Source of the DNA: an uncultured Gemmatimonadales bacterium
Lineage (GTDB): Bacteria; Gemmatimonadota; Gemmatimonadetes; Longimicrobiales; Gaopeijiaceae
DNA: 64,000 bases
Reading direction: 5' to 3'
Assembly (NCBI GenBank): GCA_963809895.1
Contig: CAWELD010000003.1
Coordinates: 2,208,001-2,272,000, forward strand
A program made the position numbers and the translations under genes. Positions 19,926 to 28,203 of the stretch are shown piece after piece. Within the stretch, counting starts at the first letter, position 1, and every line of letters starts with the position of its first letter. The notes under the pieces were generated by a model. It saw only the letters and a list, made by a program, of their open reading frames with translations. It did not search any database and was not told the DNA's origin.

Positions 19926-20911
19926 ACGAGCCCGTCGCTCCAGTCAGCTACTGGAGTTTCTGTTGCATCGGCTCAGAGTGTGAGGACAACTGCTGCCATT
20001 CCTGGGATGTCAATGTCACCCGGCGCGAAATTGCTCGGGTCTCGTCTGCGACGCGACGGCCAGAGAGGGACTTCGCGCGCGTTGGGCCGACCAAACCGAG
20101 CCGTCGTCCGCTGACCGTTCTCAAGCGTCGGGCGGATGGTGCCTGTCACTTTCAGCTTAACGATGGCCTCTGCGAGCTCCAGCGCGACTTCTCGGCGGCG
20201 ACCCTCCCAACCGTATGCAAGGAATTCCCGCGGAGCCGAGTGACACGAGGAGAACTGGCCTCGGCATGGCTGACTCCGGCCTGTCCGGAAGCCGTACGAC
20301 TCATGCTCCGCAGCCCAATGGAACTCCGGGGCGACGGGTCTGAAGGGTCGCTCTCACAGATCTCGCTTCTCCTGCAGAGGATCGCGTGCTCCACTCCTGA
20401 GGGCCTAGTACAGACACTGGTCCTGATCGTGGACGACCTCTCCTCTTCCACGGGGGGCAGCCCCCACGACCTAGAAGCACTGAGAACCTTGGGCCGCGCA
20501 TTCCTGCACGAGGCTCTTGAACACTTGGAGTCGCTCAGTTCCGACGAACTGCTAGCCGCCTGGCTCCACACTGCAACCGAGGAGGGAGTTGCTAGGCTCG
20601 ACCACAGCAAGGGCCGAGAACAACTCCAACCACTCCTCTGGCACCTGACATGGATGTTCTCACAGCGGTCGGGCGATCTCTTGAGGGCCCTAGGGGAAGC
20701 GTTGTTCTTTTGCTCCATCCTCACGAGGCTTGGCACCACACCGGATCCGACCGGATGTGCAGACGGTCCCCGGCTCTGGGTCTCAGCCACTTATCGATGC
20801 TTCAGGCAGCTTCACCACAACGAGTTGCTGCGCCGCCACGTGAGCACGTCAGCGGCGAAAGTGTCTCAGCATCCCGAAGCCTTGATCGCACTCGTCACCA
20901 CCCTCGAGTAG
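19922..20911 (+). CDS. FliB (flagellin lysine-N-methylase)/YkgJ-like cysteine-cluster protein
   Basis: FCCIGSECEDNCCHSW, CHFQ..GLCELQ, LPTVCKEFPR, ACPEA; ATGA overlap with the propeller gene. Confidence 0.75.
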   Translation: MNEPVAPVSYWSFCCIGSECEDNCCHSWDVNVTRREIARVSSATRRPERDFARVGPTKPSRRPLTVLKRRADGACHFQLNDGLCELQRDFSAATLPTVCKEFPRSRVTRGELASAWLTPACPEAVRLMLRSPMELRGDGSEGSLSQISLLLQRIACSTPEGLVQTLVLIVDDLSSSTGGSPHDLEALRTLGRAFLHEALEHLESLSSDELLAAWLHTATEEGVARLDHSKGREQLQPLLWHLTWMFSQRSGDLLRALGEALFFCSILTRLGTTPDPTGCADGPRLWVSATYRCFRQLHHNELLRRHVSTSAAKVSQHPEALIALVTTLE

Positions 20912-21083
20912 GGGCGATGCGATCACCTCTTCAAGAGAGGTGGCTACGTCCAGCGCTGCGCCGCCTGTTGGGTTCGCGGGACTTCGACCATCGGCACTGC
21001 CCCGCGGCCTAGCGCTTCCTCCGCCTGAGTAGCGCCACGGGCCACATACGTCGACGTCTATTTGAACCCCCTGGAAACGAGAA

Positions 21084-21109
21084 CGGCCGCCCCGAAGATG
21101 GGGCGGCCG
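21084..21109. terminator. GC-rich hairpin between convergent transcription units
   Basis: CGGCCGCCCC-GAAGAT-GGGGCGGCCG perfect 10-bp stem. Confidence 0.55.
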
Positions 21110-21271
21110 CTGTCGCTTGGGGATGGCTGGATGGGACGGCGTCCAGCCGACCCGCACTCTAGCAGGACGCAACTGGCTCAGGGCGTCCGGGGGAGCAAGC
21201 CCAACGGCCTGCTCATCGCCGGAGCCGTACTCGCCGCCCTGGTGATCTTCGGCCGTGAGTAGCATGAGCGG

Positions 21272-21547
21272 TCAATCGGGAATGTTGGGCTCCTCGCCCC
21301 AGATCCCGGACGCCCCGCGATTCGCCTGTCCTGAACCCGCGCGGTGCGCCGCTGAGAACGGCGATCCGATCGAGGCGCTGTGCGTCGATCGGTAGACCAA
21401 CCGATCGCCAACGATCGTGCCCACGTACCGGCCGTCAGGTCCGAAGACCCGGTCCCTCTTGATGCGTCCGACCGGCTTGCCCGACCGGCTGTAGACCGTC
21501 TTCCCCGACACGCGGAGAGGCTTTCCGTTCTTCGTGTGCAAGCGCAC
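21272..21547 (-). CDS. Small beta-hairpin repeat protein (4-fold beta-flower-like)
   Basis: Repeats VYSRSGKPVGRI / VFGPDGRYVGTI. Confidence 0.6.
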   Translation of the reverse strand: MRLHTKNGKPLRVSGKTVYSRSGKPVGRIKRDRVFGPDGRYVGTIVGDRLVYRSTHSASIGSPFSAAHRAGSGQANRGASGIWGEEPNIPD

Positions 21548-21560
21548 GGTTGCCCCTGTC

Positions 21561-21800
21561 CTATCCCTTCGTCCGGCGCGGGTCGTTGCCGGGAGCGACC
21601 GTGTCCTTGTCGCGAATCTTCCCGTCGACGCCTTTCGTGGTGAGTTCTCCCCCGCCCTGGCGCTTCAACATCTCGCGCGCGGCATCCTGAGCGGCCTTCT
21701 GCGTGTCATGGACGCTCGAAGCGCGCTCAGCATCATTCCGCTTGTTCCGCCATTTCCCGTCATCGCCCTTGTAGATCGTGCGGTCCTGTCCCTTGCTCAT
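21561..21800 (-). CDS. DUF2188 family protein
   Basis: W..K...RASSVHDTQKAA..AAR...GGELTTKGVDGKIRDKDT..NDP pattern. Confidence 0.85.
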   Translation of the reverse strand: MSKGQDRTIYKGDDGKWRNKRNDAERASSVHDTQKAAQDAAREMLKRQGGGELTTKGVDGKIRDKDTVAPGNDPRRTKG

Positions 21801-21817
21801 TTCCGTACACCCCTTGG

Positions 21818-22036
21818 TTAGAATACGTCCTCTGCGATCAACTCCCCGGAGAGATCCCGGTAGACCTGTTCCACGAACTCGATCTGTACCAGCTCGTCGC
21901 CGGTGTGGGGATTGCGGCCCCGATGCTTGATCCGGCTGAAGTGGAGGCCGCCAAACGTGATCAGCGCCGCCGGATCGTGGATCTTCAAGCCCTCGATGAG
22001 CTCACCGACGGTGATCCCACTGCCCTTATCGCTCAC
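21818..22036 (-). CDS. Small hypothetical phage-type protein
   Basis: GGAGAGG RBS before GTG; ITVGELIEGL...FGGLHFSRIKHRG..LVQIEF. Confidence 0.6.
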   Translation of the reverse strand: MSDKGSGITVGELIEGLKIHDPAALITFGGLHFSRIKHRGRNPHTGDELVQIEFVEQVYRDLSGELIAEDVF

Positions 22037-22094
22037 GGGTCCCTCCTCTCCAAGTTGGATCAAGATTGCGCTCGGATCCGGGCACCCACGCGCA

Positions 22095-23242
22095 GGTTCA
22101 GATTCTGGACTCTCTCGCAGACCGCGGGCTCCGTGTTCTCGCTTCTCAACAGCGCGTTTGGTCCGGATCCCGAGCGGGACCGGCTGCGGCAGCAGGAGAT
22201 CGAGGCCACGGAGCGGCTGCGCTCGGCGATCAATGATCTCGCCGACCAGATCCAGCGCGGCGAGAATGTGCCGGTCAGCTCGATCGATCTGCTGCAGTCG
22301 GTGCTCGAGCCACTGAAGGGCGGTGACATCAAGGAGACGCTCCGACGCTTCCTGTTCGATGAGAACGGCAACTTCAACCGCCAGACGGGCGGGGCCCTGC
22401 TCCAACTCGACAAGGCGTTCGGGACCGACTTCTTCAAGCAGTTCGGCGAGATCGATCAGTCGAACCTGGGTGCGCTGCAGCGCTTCTTCGAGCGGCTGCA
22501 GGAGTTCGTGGACGCGGCCTCCGCGGGGTTCGGCACGTTCGGCGACTCGTTGGAGGCCCAGATCGAGTTCTTCAACCTGCTGAAGGACCAGCTGGACATC
22601 GGGGACGCCACCCAGGCGCTGCAGCTCTTCCTCGATGAGGTGCAGGCGATCCCCGACGCGCTGAAGGAGGCGCTCGCGGGCTTCGATCTCTCGAGCGCCG
22701 AGGGGCGCAAGGCGGCCAGCGATTTCCTGGCCGAGCTCACGGGGACCTTGGCCCGGGAGGGCATCACGGATCAGATCCGCGCGATCTTCGGTAGCGACCT
22801 GACGCCGGGCGAGATCCTGAAGCTGCTGGACTCGCTGGACGGGCTTCTGGACAACCTCGACCAGCAGGCCAAGGACAGCGCTGAGACGCAGAGTTACGTG
22901 CGCAGCGTGCAGATCACGGAGGCCCAGGCCGGCCGGCTGCTGGCGTTGAACACCACGATGGTGAGCCGTCTGGAGCGTCTCGATGTGCTGGCCGTGGAGC
23001 GGAACGCCCTGCTGACGACGCTGTTGGGTTCCGCGCTGGCGGGTGCGGCCCCCATTCCCACGTCGAGCAGTTCCAACATCTCACTCGGGGGCGTGCAGGT
23101 GCCGGTGACGTCCGCACCGATCACGGACCAACAGAGCGCGGCAAGCTACGGCAATGCCGTCGGAAACGCGGTGATGGATCAGATCGATCGGCGGTTCTAC
23201 GACAGACAGGTCAACGCCAAGCGCACCCTTGGAAGCGGCTGA
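22095..23242 (+). pseudogene. Probable 5'-truncated tail tape-measure-like fragment
   Basis: Long Ala/Leu/Gln/Asp helical ORF ending with SYVRSVQITEAQAGRLLA and a short beta/alpha tail; no clean start; 5' part overlaps an opposite-strand gene; start approximate. Confidence 0.5.
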
Positions 23243-23271
23243 TGCATACCCGAGAGCAGAATCCTGGCCCG

Positions 23272-23775
23272 ATGGACCTCAGAGCGCAGACATGGGCTTC
23301 TCGAGACCTCGCAGGCGATGTCGTGAGAGATCTCCGGGGCGGTTTTCACACCGTGGGGGCTGAGATCCGCACGTTGGGACTCGATGCCCGGGTCCGGGAA
23401 GCCAAGCCACGGTATAGGACCGGATCGTCCCTTCGTCTGGCATGCTTCCGCCTCGAGATCCCATCGGCGGGCTTCCTGGGATTCGAGGATGCGAGAGCCG
23501 GGGACGGCGTCGTGAGTCTCCGCCTGCTCTTCGAACGACGCCCCCGGAGGTTACCTGGCTGGGTCAGCGGCCTTGAGATCCGCGGCTCCGAGCGCGTGGG
23601 CGAACTCGTCCTCACGGTGGACGCCGCTACCAGAGAGGTGGTGGAGCACGCGCGAGGTGTCAGGTGGCCCTGTGCCAGAGCAGGGACCGGCCGAGCCTTT
23701 CCGGAGGGAGTCGTTGAGAGGCTCGCATGGTCTCTGACGAACACGTGTCTCGGCCTGAGCCGGACCCGAGAATGA
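23272..23775 (+). CDS. Hypothetical protein
   Basis: Open frame only; no motif recognised. Confidence 0.4.
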   Translation: MDLRAQTWASRDLAGDVVRDLRGGFHTVGAEIRTLGLDARVREAKPRYRTGSSLRLACFRLEIPSAGFLGFEDARAGDGVVSLRLLFERRPRRLPGWVSGLEIRGSERVGELVLTVDAATREVVEHARGVRWPCARAGTGRAFPEGVVERLAWSLTNTCLGLSRTRE

Positions 23776-23935
23776 CGAGCAGTGGGGCCCACGAGCGGTG
23801 TCCGGAGCATGCAGGATTTCTCCTCCCTGCATGTCAGTCGGCCTCCAGCCGCGAACGGGATAATCTGAGGTGGGTGACCGGACCACCCCCTCTCCCCATG
23901 GCTCTCCCGAGCCTGGTTGGATCACGCCAGGACTG

Positions 23936-24280
23936 ATGAATCCCCTCGCGGAGCTAGGCGAGCGCTGGCGGGCCGACGCTCAGGTCCTTCGCCTCTACGG
24001 AAACGTGGAGATGGCGGACCTCAACGAGCGACATGCTGCGGAAGTGGAAGAAGCCGTCCGAGCTTGGGAGATGGAGGAGCTCACGATCGCGGAAGCGGCC
24101 AGTGAGTCAGGCTACTCCCCGGATTACCTTCGGGAACTCGTCCGAACTGGCCAGATCCCAGACCTGCGTCCGAAGGGCAGCGAAGGTCATATCCGAATCC
24201 ATCGTCGAGACCTACCCCGGAAACCCTCTGGCGGCGAGTCCGGCGGCATCGCAAGGATGCTCACCGCTCTCCGCCAGTGA
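23936..24280 (+). CDS. Excisionase-like HTH (HTH_17) protein
   Basis: LTIAEAASESGYSPDYLRELVRTGQIP..IRIHRRDL; upstream of the integrase. Confidence 0.75.
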   Translation: MNPLAELGERWRADAQVLRLYGNVEMADLNERHAAEVEEAVRAWEMEELTIAEAASESGYSPDYLRELVRTGQIPDLRPKGSEGHIRIHRRDLPRKPSGGESGGIARMLTALRQ

Positions 24281-24324
24281 TAGGGAGATTGCGAATCCTC
24301 CTCATATATTCCATTCTGGTACAC

Positions 24325-24600
24325 ATGGTACGCGATGCCGAATTGACTGAGGCCGTGCGGGACGCCGTCGAGAGCATGCCGGCTTCCTACCGCGAGCTCT
24401 CCCGGAGAGCGGGCATCCCCCATGTCACGATCGTGAAGATCATGGGTGGGCGGCTCGGTGCTTCCGTGGAAGTGGCTGAGGCGCTTGCCGACGCCCTGGC
24501 CGAGTGGGAGCGCGAGCAGGCTGGCGCCCTCGCGAAGGTCGCCGGCGAACGGCGTCGCATCCGTGAAATACTCGAACGAGGAACGGGAGGGGCGCCATGA
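24325..24600 (+). CDS. XRE-family HTH protein
   Basis: SYRELSRRAGIPHVTIVKIMGG; ATGA overlap with the integrase. Confidence 0.75.
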   Translation: MVRDAELTEAVRDAVESMPASYRELSRRAGIPHVTIVKIMGGRLGASVEVAEALADALAEWEREQAGALAKVAGERRRIREILERGTGGAP

Positions 24601-25805
24601 GCAAGTCAAAGCGGTGGCGGTACAAGGTTGGCCCCTACGGGGCACGAGTGACGATCGAGGAACGCACCTTGGGCTCCAACGTGCGACTCAAGAAGTTCGA
24701 CAGCGAGAAGGGCCGATACGTCACGGCCACCCTGGACTACCCCGTGAGGGACGCCGAGGGCAGCCTCCTTCCCCATGCCGTCGACCGAGCGAAGGCCGAC
24801 GCCGCTCGCCTCTCGAACCGGCTACTCCAAGGCGAGGAACTCGAACACGCGACCACCTTGGGGACCCTACTGCGCCACTTCCGGCGCGAGGAACTCCAGG
24901 ACATGGGGGGCCGGCACCGTGGTGCGGTGGAAGTCGAGCTGGAGCTGATCGAGCGTTTCTTGGGTCCTACGTTCGAGGTCGGCAACCTCGGCCCGCGCGA
25001 ATGGAACGCACTCGCGCGCCAACGGCAGAGCGGCGAGATCGATGCCCGAGGACATCGGGTGCCAGACCCTGAAGCGCGACGGAGCGTCGGACCTCGAACG
25101 GTCGCCAAGACCCTGAAGACCCTTCGACAGGTGTGCCGCTTCGGCTCGACGTACCGCACGTCGCGCGGAGCATTCCTCCTCGATGCCGACCCAAGTCGGG
25201 GGCTTGAGGTGCCCACACAGCCCAACCCGCGGCGACCGATTATGGACGACGACTGCTTCGAGGCCATGGTCGCGGCCGCGGACCACGTGCATCCACTTCT
25301 GCGTTCGATGCTCGTACTGGTTGGTGAAACAGGGCGCCGGCTCGGTGCCGTCCTGGCGCTCCGCGCGTCCGACTGGATGCCTGAGCGAGGAAGCCACGGC
25401 GCCATCCTCTGGCGGGCAGACTCCGACAAGCTGGGCAGGGACTGGACCACACCTGTATCGGCCCGAGCTCGCGCGGAGATGGACGCCCTCACCAGTCGCC
25501 AGGGAGTCATCGGGGACGGCTACCTCTTCCCCGCCCCGAAATCGAAAGGCCACATCGACAGTAGCCTGGCCTCGCACTGGTGGCGACGATGTGAGAAGGC
25601 AGCGGGCCTCAAGCACCGGTCCTGGATGGGCTGGCATAGCCTCCGCCGGCGATGGGCAACGAAGCGGAAGGACATGTCGGTGCGGGACGTCGCCCACGTC
25701 GGCGGCTGGAAGGGGACTCAGGTCCTTCGGGACATCTACCAGCGCGCGGACTGGGAATCGATGGAGGCTGTCGCCGCCGGCGGCAAGGCACTCCGCCAAG
25801 CGTAG
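24597..25805 (+). CDS. int: Tyrosine recombinase / phage integrase
   Basis: ETGRRLGAVLAL (Arg), WHSLRR (His-x-x-Arg), VGGW, DIYQR (Tyr); next to the tRNA att site. Confidence 0.92.
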   Translation: MSKSKRWRYKVGPYGARVTIEERTLGSNVRLKKFDSEKGRYVTATLDYPVRDAEGSLLPHAVDRAKADAARLSNRLLQGEELEHATTLGTLLRHFRREELQDMGGRHRGAVEVELELIERFLGPTFEVGNLGPREWNALARQRQSGEIDARGHRVPDPEARRSVGPRTVAKTLKTLRQVCRFGSTYRTSRGAFLLDADPSRGLEVPTQPNPRRPIMDDDCFEAMVAAADHVHPLLRSMLVLVGETGRRLGAVLALRASDWMPERGSHGAILWRADSDKLGRDWTTPVSARARAEMDALTSRQGVIGDGYLFPAPKSKGHIDSSLASHWWRRCEKAAGLKHRSWMGWHSLRRRWATKRKDMSVRDVAHVGGWKGTQVLRDIYQRADWESMEAVAAGGKALRQA

Positions 25806-25815
25806 AATTGCAACG

Positions 25816-25837
25816 AACCTGATACGGAAACTGAGAC
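25816..25837 (+). repeat. Candidate integrase arm-type sites (right)
   Basis: AACCTGATAC (25816) and AAACTGAGAC (25828), same 12-bp period as the left pair. Confidence 0.65.
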
Positions 25838-25871
25838 ATGGACCTCACCCACGAGCCCAGTCCCCGGAACA

Positions 25872-25908
25872 ACAAAAGCGGAAGCCCTTGTGCCGTAAGG
25901 ACTTCCGC
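25872..25908 (-). terminator. Intrinsic terminator downstream of tRNA-Lys
   Basis: Minus strand GCGGAAGTCCTT..AAGGGCTTCCGC followed by TTTTGT. Confidence 0.65.
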
Positions 25909-25909
25909 C

Positions 25910-25984
<75 letters not shown>

Positions 25985-26012
25985 GTGCCGGACCTGGGGT
26001 CCGGAGCCCTAA

Positions 26013-26040
26013 ACGATATCCCGATCGCCGCCCGTGTCAA
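26013..26040 (-). promoter_or_regulatory. Sigma70-like promoter of tRNA-Lys
   Basis: TTGACA-N16-TATCGT on the minus strand. Confidence 0.55.
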
Positions 26041-26091
26041 CGCCTGCGGTCGAGGCATTCCGCCACGCGCGTGGGTTGTCTAGCTTGGCGA

Positions 26092-27912
26092 ATGCCCGAC
26101 AAACCTGCCAAGCGTCCGAAGGTGGACTTCCAGAACGTCCGCGCCGAGGCCTCTCATCTGGTCCGTGAGCACCGTCGCACGCTGGCCCTGGGGCTGGTGC
26201 TCATGGTCATCAACCGGTTGGCAGGGTTGGTGATTCCCGCCATGCCTCGCTTCCTCATCGACGACGTCATCCAGGGCGGCCGGGCCGAGTTGCTGATGCC
26301 GCTGGTCTTCCTGGCGGCGGGGGCCGCCCTCGTGCAGGCCGTGACCTCGTTCAGTCTGAGCCAGGTGGTGAGCGTCGCGGCGCAGGGCGCCATCGCCAAG
26401 ATGCGCAAGGAGGTCCAGGAGCACGTCCTTCGCCTGCCGGTCGCCTACTTCGACCAGACCAAGACGGGGGTGCTCATCTCGCGCATCATGACGGATCCCG
26501 AGGGGATCCGGAACCTGGTGGGCACGGGCCTGGTGCAGCTCGTGGGGGGATTGCTGACGGCCGTCATCGCCTTCGGGATCCTGCTGTCGCTCAACCTGAC
26601 GCTGACGCTGGGCACCGTGGCTCTGCTCCTGGCATTTGCCGCGTCCATGTCCATCGCCTTCAAGAAGCTCCGACCCATCTTCCGGAAGCGAGGCGAAATC
26701 AACGCCGAGGTCACGGGGCGGTTGAACGAGTCGCTGGGTGGCGTTCGGCTGGTGAAGACCTACGTAGCGGAGGAGCGCGAGGCAGCGGTATTCGGAGAAG
26801 GCGTGGACCGGCTTTTCCGCAACATCGCCTCCACCATCACGGGGACCTCGCTCGTCGGTGCCATCTCCACGGTGATCGTAGGTGGCATCGGCGTCATGAT
26901 CCTCCTGGTGGGAGGCCGCGCGATCCTGGCGGGCACCATGACCACGGGTGAGCTGTTCAGCTACGTCCTGTACGTGGGCGTGATGGTGGCCCCGCTGGTG
27001 CAGATCTCGTCGATCTCGACGCAGATCAGCGAGGCGTTCGCGGGATTGGACAGGATCCACGAGCTGCGGGCGGTCCGCACCGAAGACGACGAGGACGAGC
27101 GCCGCTCACCCGTCGCCGATCTCCGTGGCGAGGTGGCGTTCGAGGACGTGTGGTTCGAGTACAAGCCCGACACGCCGGTGCTCAAGGGCATCTCGTTCCA
27201 TGCGCCGGCGGGAACCACGACGGCTCTGGTGGGCCCATCGGGCTCGGGCAAGAGCACGCTCATTGGACTCGTGATGGCCTTCCATCGGCCGAAGTCCGGC
27301 CGTGTGCTGTTGGACGGCCGGGACCTGGCCGATCTCCGTCTCCGTGAGTACCGCCACGAGCTCGGCGTGGTGATGCAGGACAACTTCCTCTTCGACGGGA
27401 CCATCCGGGAGAACATCGCCTTCGCCAACCCGGCGGCCAGCGACGAAGAGATCCGGGCCGCCGCGCGCATCGCGCACTGCGACGAGTTCATCCAGCGCTT
27501 CGATCACGGCTACGACACGGTGGTAGGCGAACGCGGCGTGCGGCTGTCGGGCGGTCAGCGGCAGCGGGTGGGGATCGCTCGCGCCATCGTGGCCGACCCC
27601 CGCATCCTGATCCTCGACGAGGCCACGTCGAGCCTGGACAGCGAGGCCGAAGCGCTGATCCAGGACGGGTTGCGCGCGCTCCGGCGAGGACGCACGACCT
27701 TCGTCATCGCGCATCGACTCTCCACGATCCGGAGCGCGGATCAGATCCTGGCCCTGGACGATGGAGAGATCGTCGAGCGCGGCACGCACGCGGAACTGAT
27801 CGCCCACGGCGGTCTCTACCGGCGGCTGTACGAGAAGCAGCACGGAATGATGGAGGACCTCTACATCAATCCCGGTGAGGAGCCCCCGGTGGAGGCGGCA
27901 GGCCAGATCTGA
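26092..27912 (+). CDS. ABC exporter, fused permease/ATPase (MsbA/Sav1866-like)
   Basis: TM domain, GPSGSGKST, LSGGQRQR, ILILDEATSSLD, IAHRLST. Confidence 0.95.
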   Translation: MPDKPAKRPKVDFQNVRAEASHLVREHRRTLALGLVLMVINRLAGLVIPAMPRFLIDDVIQGGRAELLMPLVFLAAGAALVQAVTSFSLSQVVSVAAQGAIAKMRKEVQEHVLRLPVAYFDQTKTGVLISRIMTDPEGIRNLVGTGLVQLVGGLLTAVIAFGILLSLNLTLTLGTVALLLAFAASMSIAFKKLRPIFRKRGEINAEVTGRLNESLGGVRLVKTYVAEEREAAVFGEGVDRLFRNIASTITGTSLVGAISTVIVGGIGVMILLVGGRAILAGTMTTGELFSYVLYVGVMVAPLVQISSISTQISEAFAGLDRIHELRAVRTEDDEDERRSPVADLRGEVAFEDVWFEYKPDTPVLKGISFHAPAGTTTALVGPSGSGKSTLIGLVMAFHRPKSGRVLLDGRDLADLRLREYRHELGVVMQDNFLFDGTIRENIAFANPAASDEEIRAAARIAHCDEFIQRFDHGYDTVVGERGVRLSGGQRQRVGIARAIVADPRILILDEATSSLDSEAEALIQDGLRALRRGRTTFVIAHRLSTIRSADQILALDDGEIVERGTHAELIAHGGLYRRLYEKQHGMMEDLYINPGEEPPVEAAGQI

Positions 27913-27995
27913 GGGGCTTCGCCGCCGCGCAGAGGCTTCCGCCAGGCTGCCGGCGGTGTTGGCGAGATGCCGTCCTCTGCCCCGGAATCCTCCGG

Positions 27996-28015
27996 TGCGT
28001 TTCAGGTGAAACGCA
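27996..28015. repeat. parS-like palindrome upstream of DUF222-HNH
   Basis: TGCGTTTCA-GG-TGAAACGCA. Confidence 0.6.
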
Positions 28016-28203
28016 TGAATGGGACGGGGGGATGTCTGGATGGGCGGGCGGGGCTCCGGTCGCGTTTCGCGGTCCCTGAATCCGTCCCATCGCGCCATGC
28101 CGATGTCTCACCTCGCGCGGTAGCTTTCGGGTGCGGTTTCGGGTTGTGTTCGGTTCGTGGGCCTCGTCGTGGGGCTCTTCTCGAGGCGCAGGTGGCGGTG
28201 GTC

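Noticed and set aside
19922..20911. Canonical radical SAM RiPP maturase
   Set aside because: No CxxxCxxC motif; Cys pattern matches FliB/YkgJ type instead
21062..21262. 66-aa ORF with hydrophobic end (holin or toxin?)
   Set aside because: Start lies in or next to the terminator-like hairpin, no clear RBS; may be a gene remnant
21905..22094. 5' part of the 445-aa ORF as real coding sequence
   Set aside because: Overlaps a better supported opposite-strand gene with a strong RBS (21818-22036)
27967..28203. N-terminal extension of the HNH protein from the ORF track
   Set aside because: Low-complexity, non-family sequence over a palindrome-rich region; treated as non-coding
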